A stretch of DNA of 64,000 nucleotides, from assembly GCF_009914755.1 (NCBI RefSeq), contig NC_060933.1. One strand, written 5' to 3'. Below the pieces are notes generated by a model. The model was not told where the DNA came from, ran no database searches, and saw only the letters and a program-made list of their open reading frames with translations. Positions 28,072-41,511 of this stretch are shown one piece after another (position 1 is the first letter of the stretch; each line of letters begins with the position of its first letter). A program made the position numbers and the translations under genes. Origin of the DNA: the human T2T-CHM13v2.0 reference genome, Homo sapiens.

Positions 28072-31000
28072 CATTCTCAGAAACTTCTCTGTGATGTTTG
28101 CATTCAACTCATAGAGTTGAACACTTCCCTTCATACAGCAGGTTTGAAACACTCTTTTTCTAATATTTGGAAGTGGACATTTGCAGCGCTTTGAGGCCTA
28201 TGTTGAAAAAGGAAATATCTTCTCCTAAAAACCAGACAGAAGCATTCTCAGAAACTTCCTTGTGATGTGTGTACTCAAGTAACAGAGTTGAACCTTCCTT
28301 TTGACAGAGCAGTTTTGAAGCACTCTTTTTGTAGAATCTGCAAGTGGATATTTTGATACCTTTGAGGATTTCGTTGGACACGGGATATCTTCATATAAAA
28401 TCTAGACAGAAGCATTCTCAGAAACTTCTTTGTGCTGTATGTCCTCAATTAACAGAGTTGAACCTTTGTGTGGATACAGCATTTTGGAAACATTCCTTTA
28501 GTAGAATCTGCAAGTTGATATTTAGATAGCTAGGAAGATTTCCATGGAAACGGGAATATCTTCATATAAAATCTAGACGGAAGCATTCTCAGAAAGTGCT
28601 TTGTGATGTTTGCATTCAAGTCACAGAGTTGAATATTCCCTTTTATAGAGCAGGTTTGAAACACTCTTTCTGCACTACCTGGAAGTGGACATTTGGAGCG
28701 CTTTGAGGCCTATGTTGAAAAACGAAATATCTTCCCATAAAAACTAGACAGAAGCATTCTCAGAAACTTGTTTGTGATGTGTGTATTCAACTAACAGAGA
28801 TGAACCTTTCTTTTTACAGAGCAGTTTTGAAACACTCTTTTTGTGGAATCTGAAAGTGGATATTTGGATAGCTTTGAGGATTTCGTTGGAAACGGGATTA
28901 CATATAAAACCTAGAGAGAAGCATTCTCAGGAACTTCTTTGTGATGTTTGCCTTCAAGTCACAGGACTGAACATTCCCTTTCATAGAGCAGGTTTGAAAC
29001 ACTCCTTCTGTAGTATCTGCAAGCTGACGTTTCAAGCGCTTTCAGGCCTATGGTGAGAAAGGAAATATCTTCAAGTAAAAACTAGACAGAAGCATTCTCA
29101 GAAACTTATTTGCCATGTGTGTTCTCAACTAACAGAGTTGAACCTTTGTTTTGATACGGCATTTTGGAAACACTCTTTTTGTAGAATCTGCAGGTGGATA
29201 TTCGGATAGCTTTGAAGGTTTCGTTGGAAACGGGAATATCTTCATATAAAATCTAGACGGAAGCATTCTCAGAAACTGCTTTGTGATGTTTTCATTCAAG
29301 TCACAGAGTAGAATGTTCCCTGTTATATACCAGGTTTGAGACACTCTTTCTGCACTACCCGGAAGTGGACGTTTGGAGCGCTTTGAGGCGTATGTTGAAA
29401 AAGGAAATATCTTCCCATAAAAACTAGACAGAAGCATTCTCAGAAACTTGTTTGTGATGTGTGTATTCAACTAACAGAGATGAACCTTTCTTTTTACAGA
29501 GCAGTTTTGAAACACTCTTTTTGTGGAATCTGAAAGTGGATATTTGGATAGCTTTGAGGATTTCGTTGGAAACGGAATTACATATAAAATCTAGAGAGAA
29601 GCATTCTCAGGAACTTCTTTGTGATGTTTGCAATCACGTCACAGAACTGAACATTCCCTTTCATAGAGCATGTTTGAAACACTCTTTCTGTAGTATCTGC
29701 AAACGGACATTTCAAACGCTTTCAGGCCTATGGTGAGAAAGGAAATATCTTCAAGTAAAAACTAGACAGAAGCATTCTCAGAAACTTATTTGCGATGTGT
29801 GTCCTCAACTAACAGAGTTGAACCTTTCTTTTGATACAACATTTTGGAAACACTCTTTTTGTAGAATCTGCAAGTGGATATTTGAATAGCTTTGAAGGTT
29901 TCGTTGGAAACGGGAATATCTTCATATAAAATCAAGACAGAAGCATTCTCAGAAACTTCTCTGTGATGTTTGCATTCAACTCATAGAGTTGAACACTTCC
30001 CTTCATACAGCAGGTTTGAAACACTCTTTTTGTAATATTTGGAAGTGGACTTTTGCAGCGCTTTGAGGCCTATGATGAAAAAGGTAATATCTTCCCATAA
30101 AAACTAGACAGAAGCATTCTCAGAAACTTGTTTGTGATGTGTGTATTCAACTAACAGAGATGAACCTTTCTTTTTACAGAGCAGTTTTGAAACACTCTTT
30201 TTGTGGAATCTGAAAGTGGATATTTGGATAGCTTTGCGGATTTCGTTGGAAACGGGATTACATATAAAATCTAGGGAGAAGCACTCTCAGGAACTTCTTT
30301 GTGATGTTTGCATTCAAGTCACAGAACTGAACATTCCCTTTCATAGAGCAGGTTTGAAACACTCTTTCTGTAGTATCTGCAAGCGGACGTTTTAAGCGCT
30401 TTCAGGCCTGTGGTGAGAAAGGAAATATCTTCAAATAAAAACTAGACAGAAGCATTCTCAGAAACTTATTTGCGATGTGTGTCCTCAACTAACAGAGTTG
30501 AACCTTTCTTTTGATACAACATTTTGGAAACACTCTTTTTGTAGAATCTGCAAGTGGATATTTGGATAGCTTTGAAGGTTTCGTTGGAAACGGGAATATC
30601 TTCATATGAAATCAAGACAGAAGCATTCTCAGAAACTTCTCTGTGATGTTTGCATTCAACTCATAGAGTTGAACACTTCCCTTCATACAGCAGGTTTGAA
30701 ACACTCTTTTTCTAATATTTGGAAGTGGACATTTGCAGCGCTTTGAGGCCTATGTTGAAAAAGGAAATATCTTCTCCTAAAAACCAGACAGAAGCATTCT
30801 CAGAAACTTCCTTGTGATGTGTGTACTCAAGTAACAGAGTTGAACCTTCCTTTTGACAGAGCAGTTTTGAAGCACTCTTTTTGTAGAATCTGCAAGTGGA
30901 TATTTTGATACCTTTGAGGATTTCGTTGGACACGGGATATCTTCATATAAAATCTAGACAGAAGCATTCTCAGAAACTTCTTTGTGCTGTATGTCCTCAA

Positions 31001-33175
31001 TTAACAGAGTTGAACCTTTGTGTGGATACAGCATTTTGGAAACATTCCTTTAGTAGAATCTGCAAGTTGATATTTAGATAGCTAGGAAGATTTCCTTGGA
31101 AACGGGAATATCTTCATATAAAATCTAGACGGAAGCATTCTCAGAAAGTGCTTTGTGATGTTTGCATTCAAGTCACAGAGTTGAATATTCCCTTTTATAG
31201 AGCAGGTTTGAAACACTCTTTCTGCACTACCTGGAAGTGGACATTTGGAGCGCTTTGAGGCCTATGTTGAAAAACGAAATATCTTCCCATAAAAACTAGA
31301 CAGAAGCATTCTCAGAAACTTGTTTGTGATGTGTGTATTCAACTAACAGAGATGAACCTTTCTTTTTACAGAGCAGTTTTGAAACACTCTTTTTGTGGAA
31401 TCTGAAAGTGGATATTTGGATAGCTTTGAGGATTTCGTTGGAAACGGGATTACATATAAAACCTAGAGAGAAGCATTCTCAGGAACTTCTTTGTGATGTT
31501 TGCATTCAAGTCACAGGACTGAACATTCCCTTTCATAGAGCAGGTTTGAAACACTCTTTCTGTAGTATCTGCAAGCTGACGTTTCAAGCGCTTTCAGGCC
31601 TATGGTGAGAAAGGAAATATCTTCAAGTAAAAACTAGACAGAAGCATTCTCAGAAACTTATTTGCCATGTGTGTTCTCAACTAACAGAGTTGAACCTTTG
31701 TTTTGATACGGCATTTTGGAAACACTCTTTTTGTAGAATCTGCAGGTGGATATTCGGATAGCTTTGAAGGTTTCGTTGGAAACGGGAATATCTTCATATA
31801 AAATCTAGACGGAAGCATTCTCAGAAACTGCTTTGTGATGTTTTCATTCAAGTCACAGAGTAGAATGTTCCCTGTTATATACCAGGTTTGAGACACTCTT
31901 TCTGCACTACCCGGAAGTGGACGTTTGGAGCGCTTTGAGGCCTATGTTGAAAAACGAAATATCTTCCCATAAAAACTAGACAGAAGCATTCTCAGAAACT
32001 TGTTTGTGATGTGTGTATTCAACTAACAGAGATGAACCTTTCTTTTTACAGAGCAGTTTTGAAACACTCTTTTTGTGGAATCTGAAAGTGGATATTTGGA
32101 TAGCTTTGAGGATTTCGTTGGAAACGGGATTACATATAAAATCTAGAGAGAAGCATTCTCAGGAACTTCTTTGTGATGTTTGCAATCACGTCACAGAACT
32201 GAACATTCCCTTTCATAGAGCATGTTTGAAACACTCTTTCTGTAGTATCTGCAAACGGACATTTCAAACGCTTTCAGGCCTATGGTGAGAAAGGAAATAT
32301 CTTCAAGTAAAAACTAGACAGAAGCATTCTCAGAAACTTATTTGCGATGTGTGTCCTCAACTAACAGAGTTGAACCTTTCTTTTGATACAACATTTTGGA
32401 AACACTCTTTTTGTAGAATCTGCAAGTGGATATTTGAATAGCTTTGAAGGTTTCGTTGGAAACGGGAATATCTTCATATAAAATCAAGACAGAAGCATTC
32501 TCAGAAACTTCTATGTGATGTTTGCATTCAACTCATAGAGTTGAACACTTCCCTTCATACAGCAGGTTTGAAACACTCTTTTTGTAATATTTGGAAGTGG
32601 ACTTTTGCAGCGCTTTGAGGCCTATGATGAAAAAGGTAATATCTTCCCATAAAAACTAGACAGAAGCATTCTCAGAAACTTGTTTGTGATGTGTGTATTC
32701 AACTAACAGAGATGAACCTTTCTTTTTACAGAGCAGTTTTGAAACACTCTTTTTGTGGAATCTGAAAGTGGATATTTGGATAGCTTTGCGGATTTCGTTG
32801 GAAACGGGATTACATATAAAATCTAGGGAGAAGCACTCTCAGGAACTTCTTTGTGATGTTTGCATTCAAGTCACAGAACTGAACATTCCCTTTCATAGAG
32901 CAGGTTTGAAACACTCTTTCTGTAGTATCTGCAAGCGGACGTTTTAAGCGCTTTCAGGCCTGTGGTGAGAAAGGAAATATCTTCAAATAAAAACTAGACA
33001 GAAGCATTCTCAGAAACTTATTTGCGATGTGTGTCCTCAACTAACAGAGTTGAACCTTTCTTTTGATACAACATTTTGGAAACACTCTTTTTGTAGAATC
33101 TGCAAGTGGATATTTGGATAGCTTTGAAGGTTTCGTTGGAAACGGGAATATCTTCATATGAAATCAAGACAGAAG
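28072..33175 (+). repeat. Two 15-mer HORs
   Basis: Markers at 28160, 30712 and 33264. Confidence 0.95.
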
Positions 33176-36100
33176 CATTCTCAGAAACTTCTCTGTGATG
33201 TTTGCATTCAACTCATAGAGTTGAACACTTCCCTTCATACAGCAGGTTTGAAACACTCTTTTTCTAATATTTGGAAGTGGACATTTGCAGCGCTTTGAGG
33301 CCTATGTTGAAAAAGGATATATCTTCTCCTAAAAACCAGACAGAAGCATTCTCAGAAACTTCCTTGTGATGTGTGTACTCAAGTAACAGAGTTGAACCTT
33401 CCTTTTGACAGAGCAGTTTTGAAGCACTCTTTTTGTAGAATCTGCAAGTGGATATTTTGATACCTTTGAGGATTTCGTTGGACACGGGATATCTTCATAT
33501 AAAATCTAGACAGAAGCATTCTCAGAAACTTCTTTGTGCTGTATGTCCTCAATTAACAGAGTTGAACCTTTGTGTGGATACAGCATTTTGGAAACATTCC
33601 TTTAGTAGAATCTGCAAGTTGATATTTAGATAGCTAGGAAGATTTCCTTGGAAACGGGAATATCTTCATATAAAATCTAGATGGAAGCATTCTCAGAAAG
33701 TGCTTTGTGATGTTTGCATTCAAGTCACAGAGTTGAATATTCCCTTTTATAGAGCAGGTTTGAAACACTCTTTCTGCACTACCTGGAAGTGGACATTTGG
33801 AGCGCTTTGAGGCCTATGTTGAAAAACGAAATATCTTCCCATAAAAACTAGACAGAAGCATTCTCAGAAACTTGTTTGTGATGTGTGTATTCAACTAACA
33901 GAGATGAACCTTTCTTTTTACAGAGCAGTTTTGAAACACTCTTTTTGTGGAATCTGAAAGTGGATATTTGGATAGCTTTGAGGATTTCGTTGGAAACGGG
34001 ATTACATATAAAACCTAGAGAGAAGCATTCTCAGGAACTTCTTTGTGATGTTTGCCTTCAAGTCACAGGACTGAACATTCCCTTTCATAGAGCAGGTTTG
34101 AAACACTCTTTCTGTAGTATCTGCAAGCTGACGTTTCAAGCGCTTTCAGGCCTATGGTGAGAAAGGAAATATCTTCAAGTAAAAACTAGACAGAAGCATT
34201 CTCAGAAACTTATTTGCCATGTGTGTTCTCAACTAACAGAGTTGAACCTTTGTTTTGATACGGCATTTTGGAAACACTCTTTTTGTAGAATCTGCAGGTG
34301 GATATTCGGATAGCTTTGAAGGTTTCGTTGGAAACGGGAATATCTTCATATAAAATCTAGACGGAAGCATTCTCAGAAACTGCTTTGTGATGTTTTCATT
34401 CAAGTCACAGAGTAGAATGTTCCCTGTTATATACCAGGTTTGAGACACTCTTTCTGCACTACCCGGAAGTGGACGTTTGGAGCGCTTTGAGGCCTATGTT
34501 GAAAAACGAAATATCTTCCCATAAAAACTAGACAGAAGCATTCTCAGAAACTTGTTTGTGATGTGTATATTCAACTAACAGAGATGAACCTTTCTTTTTA
34601 CAGAGCAGTTTTGAAACACTCTTTTTGTGGAATCTGAAAGTGGATATTTGGATAGCTTTGAGGATTTCGTTGGAAACGGGATTACATATAAAATCTAGAG
34701 AGAAGCATTCTCAGGAACTTCTTTGTGATGTTTGCAATCACGTCACAGAACTGAACATTCCCTTTCATAGAGCATGTTTGAAACACTCTTTCTGTAGTAT
34801 CTGCAAACGGACATTTCAAACGCTTTCAGGCCTATGGTGAGAAAGGAAATATCTTCAAGTAAAAACTAGACAGAAGCATTCTCAGAAACTTATTTGCGAT
34901 GTGTGTCCTCAACTAACAGAGTTGAACCTTTCTTTTGATACAACATTTTGGAAACACTCTTTTTGTAGAATCTGCAAGTGGATATTTGAATAGCTTTGAA
35001 GGTTTCGTTGGAAACGGGAATATCTTCATATAAAATCAAGACAGAAGCATTCTCAGAAACTTCTCTGTGATGTTTGCATTCAACTCATAGAGTTGAACAC
35101 TTCCCTTCATACAGCAGGTTTGAAACACTCTTTTTGTAATATTTGGAAGTGGACTTTTGCAGCGCTTTGAGGCCTATGATGAAAAAGGTAATATCTTCCC
35201 ATAAAAACTAGACAGAAGCATTCTCAGAAACTTGTTTGTGATGTGTGTATTCAACTAACAGAGATGAACCTTTCTTTTTACAGAGCAGTTTTGAAACACT
35301 CTTTTTGTGGAATCTGAAAGTGGATATTTGGATAGCTTTGCGGATTTCGTTGGAAACGGGATTACATATAAAATCTAGGGAGAAGCACTCTCAGGAACTT
35401 CTTTGTGATGTTTGCATTCAAGTCACAGAACTGAACATTCCCTTTCATAGAGCATGTTTGAAACACTCTTTCTGTAGTATCTGCAAACGGACATTTCAAA
35501 CGCTTTCAGGCCTATGGTGAGAAAGGAAATATCTTCAAGTAAAAACTAGACAGAAGCATTCTCAGAAACTTATTTGCGATGTGTGTCCTCAGCTAACAGA
35601 GTTGAACCTTTCTTTTGATACAACATTTTGGAAACACTCTTTTTGTAGAATCTGCAAGTGGATATTTGAATAGCTTTGAAGGTTTCGTTGGAAACGGGAA
35701 TATCTTCAAATAAAATCAAGACAGAAGCATTCTCAGAAACTTCTCTGTGATGTTTGCATTCAACTCATAGAGTTGAACACTTCCCTTCATACAGCAGGTT
35801 TGAAACACTCTTTTTGTAATATTTGGAAGTGGACATTTGCAGCGCTTTGAGGCCTATGATGAAAAAGGTAATATCTTCCCATAAAAACTAGACAGAAGCA
35901 TTCTCAGAAACTTGTTTGTGATGTGTGTATTCAACTAACAGAGATGAACCTTTCTTTTTACAGAGCAGTTTTGAAACACTCTTTTTGTGGAATCTGAAAG
36001 TGGATATTTGGATTGCTTTGCGGATTTCGTTGGAAACGGGATTACATATAAAATCTAGGGAGAAGCATTCTCAGGAACTTCTTTGTGATGTTTGCATTCA

Positions 36101-36407
36101 AGTCACAGAACTGAACATTCCCTTTCATAGAGCAGGTTTGAAACACTCTTTCTGTAGTATCTGCAAGCGGACGTTTTAAGCGCTTTCAGGCCTGTGGTGA
36201 GAAAGGAAATATCTTCAAATAAAAACTAGACAGAAGCATTCTCAGAAACTTATTTGCGATGTGTGTCCTCAACTAACAGAGTTGAACCTTTCTTTTGATA
36301 CAACATTTTGGAAACACTCTTTTTGTAGAATCTGCAAGTGGATATTTGGATAGCTTTGAAGGTTTCGTTGGAAACGGGAATATCTTCATATGAAATCAAG
36401 ACAGAAG
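33176..36407 (+). repeat. 19-mer HOR variant
   Basis: Marker spacing 33264->36496 = 3232. Confidence 0.95.
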
Positions 36408-39400
36408 CATTCTCAGAAACTTCTCTGTGATGTTTGCATTCAACTCATAGAGTTGAACACTTCCCTTCATACAGCAGGTTTGAAACACTCTTTTTCTAAT
36501 ATTTGGAAGTGGACATTTGCAGCGCTTTGAGGCCTATGTTGAAAAAGGAAATATCTTCTCCTAAAAACCAGACAGAAGCATTCTCAGAAACTTCCTTGTG
36601 ATGTGTGTACTCAAGTAACAGAGTTGAACCTTCCTTTTGACAGAGCAGTTTTGAAGCACTCTTTTTGTAGAATCTGCAAGTGGATATTTTGATACCTTTG
36701 AGGATTTCGTTGGACACGGGATATCTTCATATAAAATCTAGACAGAAGCATTCTCAGAAACTTCTTTGTGCTGTATGTCCTCAATTAACAGAGTTGAACC
36801 TTTGTGTGGATACAGCATTTTGGAAACATTCCTTTAGTAGAATCTGCAAGTTGATATTTAGATAGCTAGGAAGATTTCCATGGAAACGGGAATATCTTCA
36901 TATAAAATCTAGACGGAAGCATTCTCAGAAAGTGCTTTGTGATGTTTGCATTCAAGTCACAGAGTTGAATATTCCCTTTTATAGAGCAGGTTTGAAACAC
37001 TCTTTCTGCACTACCTGGAAGTGGACATTTGGAGCGCTTTGAGGCCTATGTTGAAAAACGAAATATCTTCCCATAAAAACTAGACAGAAGCATTCTCAGA
37101 AACTTGTTTGTGATGTGTGTATTCAACTAACAGAGATGAACCTTTCTTTTTACAGAGCAGTTTTGAAACACTCTTTTTGTGGAATCTGAAAGTGGATATT
37201 TGGATAGCTTTGAGGATTTCGTTGGAAACGGGATTACATATAAAACCTAGAGAGAAGCATTCTCAGGAACTTCTTTGTGATGTTTGCCTTCAAGTCACAG
37301 GACTGAACATTCCCTTTCATAGAGCAGGTTTGAAACACTCCTTCTGTAGTATCTGCAAGCTGACGTTTCAAGCGCTTTCAGGCCTATGGTGAGAAAGGAA
37401 ATATCTTCAAGTAAAAACTAGACAGAAGCATTCTCAGAAACTTATTTGCCATGTGTGTTCTCAACTAACAGAGTTGAACCTTTGTTTTGATACGGCATTT
37501 TGGAAACACTCTTTTTGTAGAATCTGCAGGTGGATATTCGGATAGCTTTGAAGGTTTCGTTGGAAACGGGAATATCTTCATATAAAATCTAGACGGAAGC
37601 ATTCTCAGAAACTGCTTTGTGATGTTTTCATTCAAGTCACAGAGTAGAATGTTCCCTGTTATATACCAGGTTTGAGACACTCTTTCTGCACTACCCGGAA
37701 GTGGACGTTTGGAGCGCTTTGAGGCGTATGTTGAAAAAGGAAATATCTTCCCATAAAAACTAGACAGAAGCATTCTCAGAAACTTGTTTGTGATGTGTGT
37801 ATTCAACTAACAGAGATGAACCTTTCTTTTTACAGAGCAGTTTTGAAACACTCTTTTTGTGGAATCTGAAAGTGGATATTTGGATAGCTTTGAGGATTTC
37901 GTTGGAAACGGAATTACATATAAAATCTAGAGAGAAGCATTCTCAGGAACTTCTTTGTGATGTTTGCAATCACGTCACAGAACTGAACATTCCCTTTCAT
38001 AGAGCATGTTTGAAACACTCTTTCTGTAGTATCTGCAAACGGACATTTCAAACGCTTTCAGGCCTATGGTGAGAAAGGAAATATCTTCAAGTAAAAACTA
38101 GACAGAAGCATTCTCAGAAACTTATTTGCGATGTGTGTCCTCAACTAACAGAGTTGAACCTTTCTTTTGATACAACATTTTGGAAACACTCTTTTTGTAG
38201 AATCTGCAAGTGGATATTTGAATAGCTTTGAAGGTTTCGTTGGAAACGGGAATATCTTCATATAAAATCAAGACAGAAGCATTCTCAGAAACTTCTCTGT
38301 GATGTTTGCATTCAACTCATAGAGTTGAACACTTCCCTTCATACAGCAGGTTTGAAACACTCTTTTTGTAATATTTGGAAGTGGACTTTTGCAGCGCTTT
38401 GAGGCCTATGATGAAAAAGGTAATATCTTCCCATAAAAACTAGACAGAAGCATTCTCAGAAACTTGTTTGTGATGTGTGTATTCAACTAACAGAGATGAA
38501 CCTTTCTTTTTACAGAGCAGTTTTGAAACACTCTTTTTGTGGAATCTGAAAGTGGATATTTGGATAGCTTTGCGGATTTCGTTGGAAACGGGATTACATA
38601 TAAAATCTAGGGAGAAGCACTCTCAGGAACTTCTTTGTGATGTTTGCATTCAAGTCACAGAACTGAACATTCCCTTTCATAGAGCAGGTTTGAAACACTC
38701 TTTCTGTAGTATCTGCAAGCGGACGTTTTAAGCGCTTTCAGGCCTGTGGTGAGAAAGGAAATATCTTCAAATAAAAACTAGACAGAAGCATTCTCAGAAA
38801 CTTATTTGCGATGTGTGTCCTCAACTAACAGAGTTGAACCTTTCTTTTGATACAACATTTTGGAAACACTCTTTTTGTAGAATCTGCAAGTGGATATTTG
38901 GATAGCTTTGAAGGTTTCGTTGGAAACGGGAATATCTTCATATGAAATCAAGACAGAAGCATTCTCAGAAACTTCTCTGTGATGTTTGCATTCAACTCAT
39001 AGAGTTGAACACTTCCCTTCATACAGCAGGTTTGAAACACTCTTTTTCTAATATTTGGAAGTGGACATTTGCAGCGCTTTGAGGCCTATGTTGAAAAAGG
39101 AAATATCTTCTCCTAAAAACCAGACAGAAGCATTCTCAGAAACTTCCTTGTGATGTGTGTACTCAAGTAACAGAGTTGAACCTTCCTTTTGACAGAGCAG
39201 TTTTGAAGCACTCTTTTTGTAGAATCTGCAAGTGGATATTTTGATACCTTTGAGGATTTCGTTGGACACGGGATATCTTCATATAAAATCTAGACAGAAG
39301 CATTCTCAGAAACTTCTTTGTGCTGTATGTCCTCAATTAACAGAGTTGAACCTTTGTGTGGATACAGCATTTTGGAAACATTCCTTTAGTAGAATCTGCA

Positions 39401-41511
39401 AGTTGATATTTAGATAGCTAGGAAGATTTCCTTGGAAACGGGAATATCTTCATATAAAATCTAGACGGAAGCATTCTCAGAAAGTGCTTTGTGATGTTTG
39501 CATTCAAGTCACAGAGTTGAATATTCCCTTTTATAGAGCAGGTTTGAAACACTCTTTCTGCACTACCTGGAAGTGGACATTTGGAGCGCTTTGAGGCCTA
39601 TGTTGAAAAACGAAATATCTTCCCATAAAAACTAGACAGAAGCATTCTCAGAAACTTGTTTGTGATGTGTGTATTCAACTAACAGAGATGAACCTTTCTT
39701 TTTACAGAGCAGTTTTGAAACACTCTTTTTGTGGAATCTGAAAGTGGATATTTGGATAGCTTTGAGGATTTCGTTGGAAACGGGATTACATATAAAACCT
39801 AGAGAGAAGCATTCTCAGGAACTTCTTTGTGATGTTTGCCTTCAAGTCACAGGACTGAACATTCCCTTTCATAGAGCAGGTTTGAAACACTCTTTCTGTA
39901 GTATCTGCAAGCTGACGTTTCAAGCGCTTTCAGGCCTATGGTGAGAAAGGAAATATCTTCAAGTAAAAACTAGACAGAAGCATTCTCAGAAACTTATTTG
40001 CCATGTGTGTTCTCAACTAACAGAGTTGAACCTTTGTTTTGATACGGCATTTTGGAAACACTCTTTTTGTAGAATCTGCAGGTGGATATTCGGATAGCTT
40101 TGAAGGTTTCGTTGGAAACGGGAATATCTTCATATAAAATCTAGACGGAAGCATTCTCAGAAACTGCTTTGTGATGTTTTCATTCAAGTCACAGAGTAGA
40201 ATGTTCCCTGTTATATACCAGGTTTGAGACACTCTTTCTGCACTACCCGGAAGTGGACGTTTGGAGCGCTTTGAGGCCTATGTTGAAAAACGAAATATCT
40301 TCCCATAAAAACTAGACAGAAGCATTCTCAGAAACTTGTTTGTGATGTGTGTATTCAACTAACAGAGATGAACCTTTCTTTTTACAGAGCAGTTTTGAAA
40401 CACTCTTTTTGTGGAATCTGAAAGTGGATATTTGGATAGCTTTGAGGATTTCGTTGGAAACGGGATTACATATAAAATCTAGAGAGAAGCATTCTCAGGA
40501 ACTTCTTTGTGATGTTTGCATTCACGTCACAGAACTGAACATTCCCTTTCATAGAGCATGTTTGAAACACTCTTTCTGTAGTATCTGCAAACGGACATTT
40601 CAAACGCTTTCAGGCCTATGGTGAGAAAGGAAATATCTTCAAGTAAAAACTAGACAGAAGCATTCTCAGAAACTTATTTGCGATGTGTGTCCTCAACTAA
40701 CAGAGTTGAACCTTTCTTTTGATACAACATTTTGGAAACACTCTTTTTGTAGAATCTGCAAGTGGATATTTGAATAGCTTTGAAGGTTTCGTTGGAAACG
40801 GGAATATCTTCAAATAAAATCAAGACAGAAGCATTCTCAGAAACTTCTCTGTGATGTTTGCATTCAACTCATAGAGTTGAACACTTCCCTTCATACAGCA
40901 GGTTTGAAACACTCTTTTTGTAATATTTGGAAGTGGACATTTGCAGCGCTTTGAGGCCTATGATGAAAAAGGTAATATCTTCCCATAAAAACTAGACAGA
41001 AGCATTCTCAGAAACTTGTTTGTGATGTGTGTATTCAACTAACAGAGATGAACCTTTCTTTTTACAGAGCAGTTTTGAAACACTCTTTTTGTGGAATCTG
41101 AAAGTGGATATTTGGATAGCTTTGCGGATTTCGTTGGAAACGGGATTACATATAAAATCTAGGGAGAAGCATTCTCAGGAACTTCTTTGTGATGTTTGCA
41201 TTCAAGTCACAGAACTGAACATTCCCTTTCATAGAGCAGGTTTGAAACACTCTTTCTGTAGTATCTGCAAGCGGACGTTTTAAGCGCTTTCAGGCCTGTG
41301 GTGAGAAAGGAAATATCTTCAAATAAAAACTAGACAGAAGCATTCTCAGAAACTTATTTGCGATGTGTGTCCTCAACTAACAGAGTTGAACCTTTCTTTT
41401 GATACAACATTTTGGAAACACTCTTTTTGTAGAATCTGCAAGTGGATATTTGGATAGCTTTGAAGGTTTCGTTGGAAACGGGAATATCTTCATATGAAAT
41501 CAAGACAGAAG
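36408..41511 (+). repeat. Two 15-mer HORs
   Basis: Markers at 36496, 39048 and 41600. Confidence 0.95.

Larger units (their letters stand above)
23168..37912 (+). repeat. Tandem duplication with 8336 bp period (15+15+19 monomers); minimal marker-bounded span
   Basis: Rare SNVs pair at exactly +8336: 23168/31504, 24177/32513, 24982/33318, 25346/33682, 28544/36880, 29005/37341, 29390/37726, 29576/37912. Confidence 0.93.

Noticed and set aside
29129-29470. Longer 113 aa minus-strand ORF (also at 37465 and 52777)
   Set aside because: It is created by one SNV (GGCCTA>GGCGTA) that removes a minus-strand stop codon. There is no evidence of coding function.
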